Of a stretch of DNA of 64,000 bases, positions 59,744 through 64,000 are shown piece by piece. The notes under the pieces were generated by a model. It saw nothing but the letters and a program-made list of their open reading frames with translations. It did not search any database and had not been told where the DNA came from. Each line of letters begins with the position of its first letter. The stretch's first letter is position 1. The DNA comes from an uncultured Gammaproteobacteria bacterium. GTDB taxonomy: Bacteria; Pseudomonadota; Gammaproteobacteria; CAWCPV01. The stretch covers positions 32,001-96,000 of the forward strand of contig CAWCPV010000002.1 of the NCBI GenBank assembly GCA_963797555.1. Reading direction: 5' to 3'. A program made the position numbers and the translations under genes.

Positions 59744-60152
59744 TCCCCGGCGTTGCGCGACGGAATTCTATCCTCGCTGGGCGCGCTCGATAACCGCTAT
59801 CGGACGCGCCGCTGCGGGGCACGGACTTGCGTCTGCTGATTCCGGTCCCGCTGTTATTTCTCGGCTTGCGGTCGCTCATCGTTGCCGAATAACTACTCGT
59901 TCCCGTCTGACATGACTACTTCTCGTTCACCTTCGTCACCTTTGCGATGCTGAACCGCCCGCGCCACGGCGCGGACGCCCCCTCCTGGTCCTCGTAGGGC
60001 GTCGTCAAGATCTCGGCTGACCTTGCCGAGGCGGCCTGACGGTTGGCGTGCGGTGGCCTGGCCGTCCGACCGTGATGGAGGCGACCCCACCGGCACGTCT
60101 CCGAGACGGACCGTGGCGTGTGTCACAGGAACGCAACGTTTCCGATCCGCTA

Positions 60153-60172
60153 ATGTCACGACGGCGTGACAT
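60153..60172. promoter_or_regulatory. Palindromic candidate operator ATGTCACG-N4-CGTGACAT
   Basis: Perfect 8-bp arms 45 bp upstream of the PlcP-like gene; another TGTCAC lies 33 bp upstream at 60121. Confidence 0.45.
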
Positions 60173-60217
60173 AGTGCGCAGCGTCCCGAGGACAGAGCGG
60201 CGCGGGCGATTCTTACG

Positions 60218-61027
60218 ATGAAACCGTTAGAGCTTCGGTCTGTGTGGATATCGGATGTGCATCTCGGTCTACGAGCATGCAAGGCCGAGTTTCTCCTGGA
60301 CTTCTTGCACAACGTGAGGTCCGAGTATCTGTACCTCGTGGGGGACATCATCGACTTCTGGACCCTGCGCAGCGGCTGGTACTGGCCCCAAATGCACAGC
60401 GACGTGTTGCGGGCGGTCCTGCACCGGGCCCAGAACGGTACGCATGTGGTCTACGTGCCCGGCAATCATGATGAGCTTTTCCGAGAATATGCCGGGACGA
60501 TCTTCGGGGGCGTCCAGGTGCGGTCCGAGGCGGTCCACGAGACGGCCGACGGCCGTAAGTTTCTAATCATTCACGGCGACGAGTTCGACTACGTCGTCAA
60601 GCACAACCGCACCGTGGCCCTGATCGGCAGCGGCGCATACGAGCTTCTGCTGAGCGCCAACCGTTGGGTGAACGCGGCGCGGCGCAGGCTCGGGCTGCCT
60701 TACTGGTCGCTTGCCGCTTACCTCAAGCACAAGGTGAAAAACGCGGTCAACTACATCAGTAATTTTGAGCATGCTCTGGTGCACGAGGCACGCAAGCGCA
60801 GGCTCGACGGCGTCATCTGTGGGCATATCCACAAGGCCGCCATCCAGCAGATCAACGGTGTCCTCTACTGCGACGGCGATTGGGTGGAAAGCTGTACGGC
60901 CCTGGTCGAGCACCAGAACGGACGCCTGGAGGTGATCCACTGGGCCGATGAAAGCGTGTTCCTGCTGGCGGAGGGCGAGGAACAACGGTCAGCGTCTATC
61001 CCCGTACACGTGGCTCGCGTCTCTTGA
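60218..61027 (+). CDS. PlcP-like Mn-dependent phospholipase C (LpxH/UDP-2,3-diacylglucosamine hydrolase superfamily)
   Basis: ISDVHLG, LVGDIID, YWPQ, PGNHDE (His rather than the LpxH Arg), HGDEFD, CGHIH, GDWVESCTAL. Confidence 0.8.
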   Translation: MKPLELRSVWISDVHLGLRACKAEFLLDFLHNVRSEYLYLVGDIIDFWTLRSGWYWPQMHSDVLRAVLHRAQNGTHVVYVPGNHDELFREYAGTIFGGVQVRSEAVHETADGRKFLIIHGDEFDYVVKHNRTVALIGSGAYELLLSANRWVNAARRRLGLPYWSLAAYLKHKVKNAVNYISNFEHALVHEARKRRLDGVICGHIHKAAIQQINGVLYCDGDWVESCTALVEHQNGRLEVIHWADESVFLLAEGEEQRSASIPVHVARVS

Positions 61028-61121
61028 GAGCGCCTGCCCCGCCTCATGCTTGTTCGTGGGTGCTGCGACGCTTACCGGCCACTGCTCACTCGATGATCCG
61101 AAAGCCATAGGAGATAACGGA

Positions 61122-61850
61122 GTGACGAAGCCTATGAGAATGCTCCGAGAGCCAGTGCAGGCTGCCTTCAGTCTGAGCCCGGCCCTGCTGAGCGACGTTC
61201 TGTACCATGCGAAGCCCTTGGGCCACAATGAGCAGCCCGACAATCTAAACCTCGGGTTCGGCTTTCTGTATTACGGCTTGGTCCGCGCCCTGCGCCCGGC
61301 ACATGTCCTGGTGATAGGCTCGGGCTTCGGATTCAGCGTCGTGTGCCTTGCCCTGGGCCTGAAGGACAATGCAAAAGGATGCCTGAGCTTCGTAGATCCC
61401 TCCTATTCGGTGTTCAAGAATGGACCGCTCCACACCATGGGCGGAAGGGGGCAGTGGGACGATCCTCCGCGGGTACGTGATCACTTCGCGCGTTTCGGAG
61501 TAGACGACCGGGTTGTCCATTACAAGCTGAGGAGTGACGAGTTCTTCCCGCAGTATGAAGCGCTGGACTTGGCCGCCATCGACATCGCCTTCATCGACGG
61601 CAATCATGCCTACGCCAACGTCAAGTACGACTTCCTTCAGGTGCTGCATCGCGCCCACAAGAACAGCTACGTCTTGCTTCACGACAGCAACATCTACATC
61701 CGCGAGATGGTGCACCACGCCGGCGTGAAACGCTGGCTCAAGTTTCTGAAGCGCGACAGGGACTGCTTCGAGGTGCTGGATTTCCCGTTCGCTTCCGGGG
61801 TGGCCGTCGTGCGTATCTTGCAGGACGGGGTATGGACCCCGCCGCAATAG
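61122..61850 (+). CDS. Class I SAM-dependent methyltransferase-like protein (Methyltransf_24-type)
   Basis: VLVIGSGFGFS, FVDP, IDIAFIDGNHAY, LLHDS. Confidence 0.75.
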   Translation: MTKPMRMLREPVQAAFSLSPALLSDVLYHAKPLGHNEQPDNLNLGFGFLYYGLVRALRPAHVLVIGSGFGFSVVCLALGLKDNAKGCLSFVDPSYSVFKNGPLHTMGGRGQWDDPPRVRDHFARFGVDDRVVHYKLRSDEFFPQYEALDLAAIDIAFIDGNHAYANVKYDFLQVLHRAHKNSYVLLHDSNIYIREMVHHAGVKRWLKFLKRDRDCFEVLDFPFASGVAVVRILQDGVWTPPQ

Positions 61851-62526
61851 CCCCCCTTTGGGGGTGGCCGCGGCCTCTGCCGCCGCGCTCTATTGGCGGT
61901 ATGTCTGGTTCTTCCGCAATCCGGCCCGGACACCGCCACGGGAGGACGGCGTCCTGAGCCCCGCCGATGGGACCGTGGTCTATGTCAAGCACATCGCTTC
62001 CAACGAGGCCGTGATCTGCATCAAGAAGGGGATGCACATCGCCGTCAGCGATATCGTGAGGAGCGAGATGCCCCTGCCGAAGCTGCTCGTCGGTGTCTTC
62101 ATGAGCCCGTTCAACGTGCACTACAACCGGGCGCCCATCTCGGGTCGCGTGGCGCTAATCCGGCACCATCCGGCCCACGGCCACAACGTCCACATGGGCC
62201 CCATGCATCTGCGGGTCATCCTGGGGCGGCTCCCCCTGTACACGAACAGCCGGCACCTGCTGCAGAACGAGCGGACCGTCACCCGGATCGACGGCATCTA
62301 CAGGGGTCACCCGATGCCCTGCTATGTGGTGCAGATCGCCGCGAAGACGGTCCGCGGCATCGACAGCTACGTAGGGGAAGGACAGGTCATCGAGAGGGGA
62401 CAGACCTTCGGGATGATCCGCATTGGCTCTCAAGTCGACCTGATACTACCGTGGACGGAAGACTTGGAGGTGGCGATCCGCCCCGGCGACAAGGTCCGCG
62501 CCGGCGAAACCATTCTGGTCCGCTGA
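61832..62526 (+). CDS. psd: Phosphatidylserine decarboxylase family proenzyme (likely start ATG 61832 with a 1-nt slip in the C/G runs at 61851-61864)
   Basis: FFRNP.R, SPADG, FMSPFNVHYNRAP, NER, GMIRIGSQVD self-cleavage GS motif, VRAGET. Confidence 0.85.
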
Positions 62527-62708
62527 GTGCCCCCGAGCCAGGGGGGACGGCGCCCTCGCTACACCTCGGACTGCGGCTATAAGTTGGAGACAGCGCTTCT
62601 GCAAGCGCCGGCGGCTATCTACCGTCCTGTCCAGCTCTTGGAGGCACACCTGCGGCTGCCGGAGGACGCGGCCCCGCCGACGCCGCACCAGATTGAGAGT
62701 GTACCTTC

Positions 62709-62880
62709 CGGGGCACCTCGAAAAATTTGGCACTGGCTGGCGCCAGTGGTCCCCGACGAGGAACGAAGCGACGCCCCAGCCCGGATTCTCCGACCTCGAC
62801 GAGCCCCCCTCGTGCACGTCCGCCAGGTGGTCGACTGGGATGCCTTTCGCCCCCGGCTTGGGCGTCTGCACCACGGGAGC
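62709..62880 (+). mobile_element. IS5-family left-end relic
   Basis: GGGCACCTCGAAAAA end followed by QPGFSDLDE / PLVHVRQVVDWDAFRP fragments. Confidence 0.5.
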
Positions 62881-63034
62881 GACGAGCAGATCGAGGTTGT
62901 ATCAACTGGAGCGAAGGGGATAGCGCCTCTTCGGGAATCGCGTATGGAAAGACCGCGCGGGTCCACCGACACATCCGGCAGCGCACACCACTGGAGCCCA
63001 CTCAGTCATTGCTGCCCTCCTGCGCCGATGGGCG

Positions 63035-63748
63035 TCACCACGGGATCGGCTGGCGGTCGCGGAAGAATCCGCCGCTGGGTCCCTCATCAGGGAGGGTGGC
63101 GAGCCACACGATGGTGTCCGCCCCTTCGGCGGGGGTGCGCAGCGCGTTGGGCCCACCCATCCGGGTGCGTACCCAGCCGGGGCATACCGAGTTGACCTTG
63201 ATGTTGGTGCCGGCGAGCTCATCGGCCAGGATCCGAGTGACCCCGTTCAAGGCGAGCTTGGACAAGCGGTACGCCGGATAGCCCCCATTCATGTCCGAGA
63301 GCTGCCCCATGCCGGATGAGACGTTCACGATGCGCCCGTAACCGCGCGCCTTCATCAGCGGAACGAGCGCCTGGGCCAGAGACAAGGCTGCGTAGGCATT
63401 GGTCTCCATCGCCGCGCGAATTCGGTCGAGATCAGCCGCGAAGATGCTGCTGGCCGCGTGCGCATCGGGCAGGATGCCGGCGTTGTTGACCAGGATGTCG
63501 AGCCCCCCGATGTCGGCGCGTAGGAAGTCCGCAAGCCCATGGATGCCTTCGACATCCGTGACCGACAGGGCTCGGAACAGGATGTCGAGGCCTTCGCCCC
63601 GCAACGTCTCCGCTGCCGCCTTGCCGTTGTCGGGGTCGCGGGCGGTGAGGACCACCCGGATCCCCCGCCTGGCGAGCTGGCGGCAGGTCTCGAAGCCAAG
63701 CCCGCGGTTGGCTCCAGTGACTACGGCGACCTTCGACTCCTCAGACAT
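63035..63748 (-). CDS. Short-chain dehydrogenase/reductase (carbonyl reductase-like)
   Basis: TGANRGLG, NNAG, NVSS, YRLSK, CPGWVRTRMGG. Confidence 0.93.
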   Translation of the reverse strand: MSEESKVAVVTGANRGLGFETCRQLARRGIRVVLTARDPDNGKAAAETLRGEGLDILFRALSVTDVEGIHGLADFLRADIGGLDILVNNAGILPDAHAASSIFAADLDRIRAAMETNAYAALSLAQALVPLMKARGYGRIVNVSSGMGQLSDMNGGYPAYRLSKLALNGVTRILADELAGTNIKVNSVCPGWVRTRMGGPNALRTPAEGADTIVWLATLPDEGPSGGFFRDRQPIPW

Positions 63749-63938
63749 GGCAGTCCCCCGGGGAAATCAAGCTGCGCTCGGGACGCCGTACAGTTTACAC
63801 GCCGGCCTGGCTGTTTCTCCCAAGCGCTAAGGGCGCCGCCGCCCTTCGCGCCTGATCACCGCACACCCCATCGCACTGTCATCCTCGGAAGTTCAAGAAC
63901 ACCCTCACCGGGGAGCGCGCTCGTCGGGGGGGAACTCA

Positions 63939-64000
63939 GAGCTTGTGAAGAAATCGTCGCGAGCGGTCCGAGAGCAAGGCGCACGGAGCGCAGCGACGAG
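63939..64000. repeat. Dispersed MITE/REP-like element, copy 2 (cut by window end)
   Basis: Matches 43325-43385. Confidence 0.65.

Noticed and set aside
60218-61027. Assignment as canonical lpxH
   Set aside because: GNHD rather than GNRD, the YWPQ motif and the context fit the PlcP-like subgroup better.

Overview
GC-rich window, most likely from a gammaproteobacterium (inferred from the leuS-lptE-holA-proA-nadD-rsfS synteny and a Gram-negative porin). It has three zones. (1) 1-30.5 kb is a decayed accessory region packed with IS elements (IS21, IS256, IS1380 remnant, IS4/IS50-like, three IS1634 pieces) and pseudogenes or fragments (capA-like, mobA/mobB, parA, CPBP, HNH, zwf, phoD, sacsin-like, replication-relaxation, type III Res). 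It also holds a lower-GC TIR-protein islet, an FKBP PPIase, a multicopper oxidase and an ArsR-rhodanese/desaturase/DedA module. (2) 30.7-48.9 kb is largely intact housekeeping DNA (leuS to acnA, pcm, SH3 protein, porin). (3) 49.2-62.5 kb is the most interesting part, a ferrosome-like but non-canonical cluster split by three IS insertions. It encodes two DUF5132/FezA-like small membrane proteins, two Cys-less HMA2 proteins, a Ca2+-type (P2A) ATPase fused to a third HMA2 domain, a translationally coupled MetK paralogue whose methionine/adenine pocket is rewritten, a 22-residue amphipathic-repeat protein (three diverged copies in the window) and a PlcP-methyltransferase-PSD lipid-remodelling operon. 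I propose, as inference, a candidate intracellular Ca/Mn(-phosphate) membrane-compartment system. All family assignments come from motif recognition by eye; no database searches were run.
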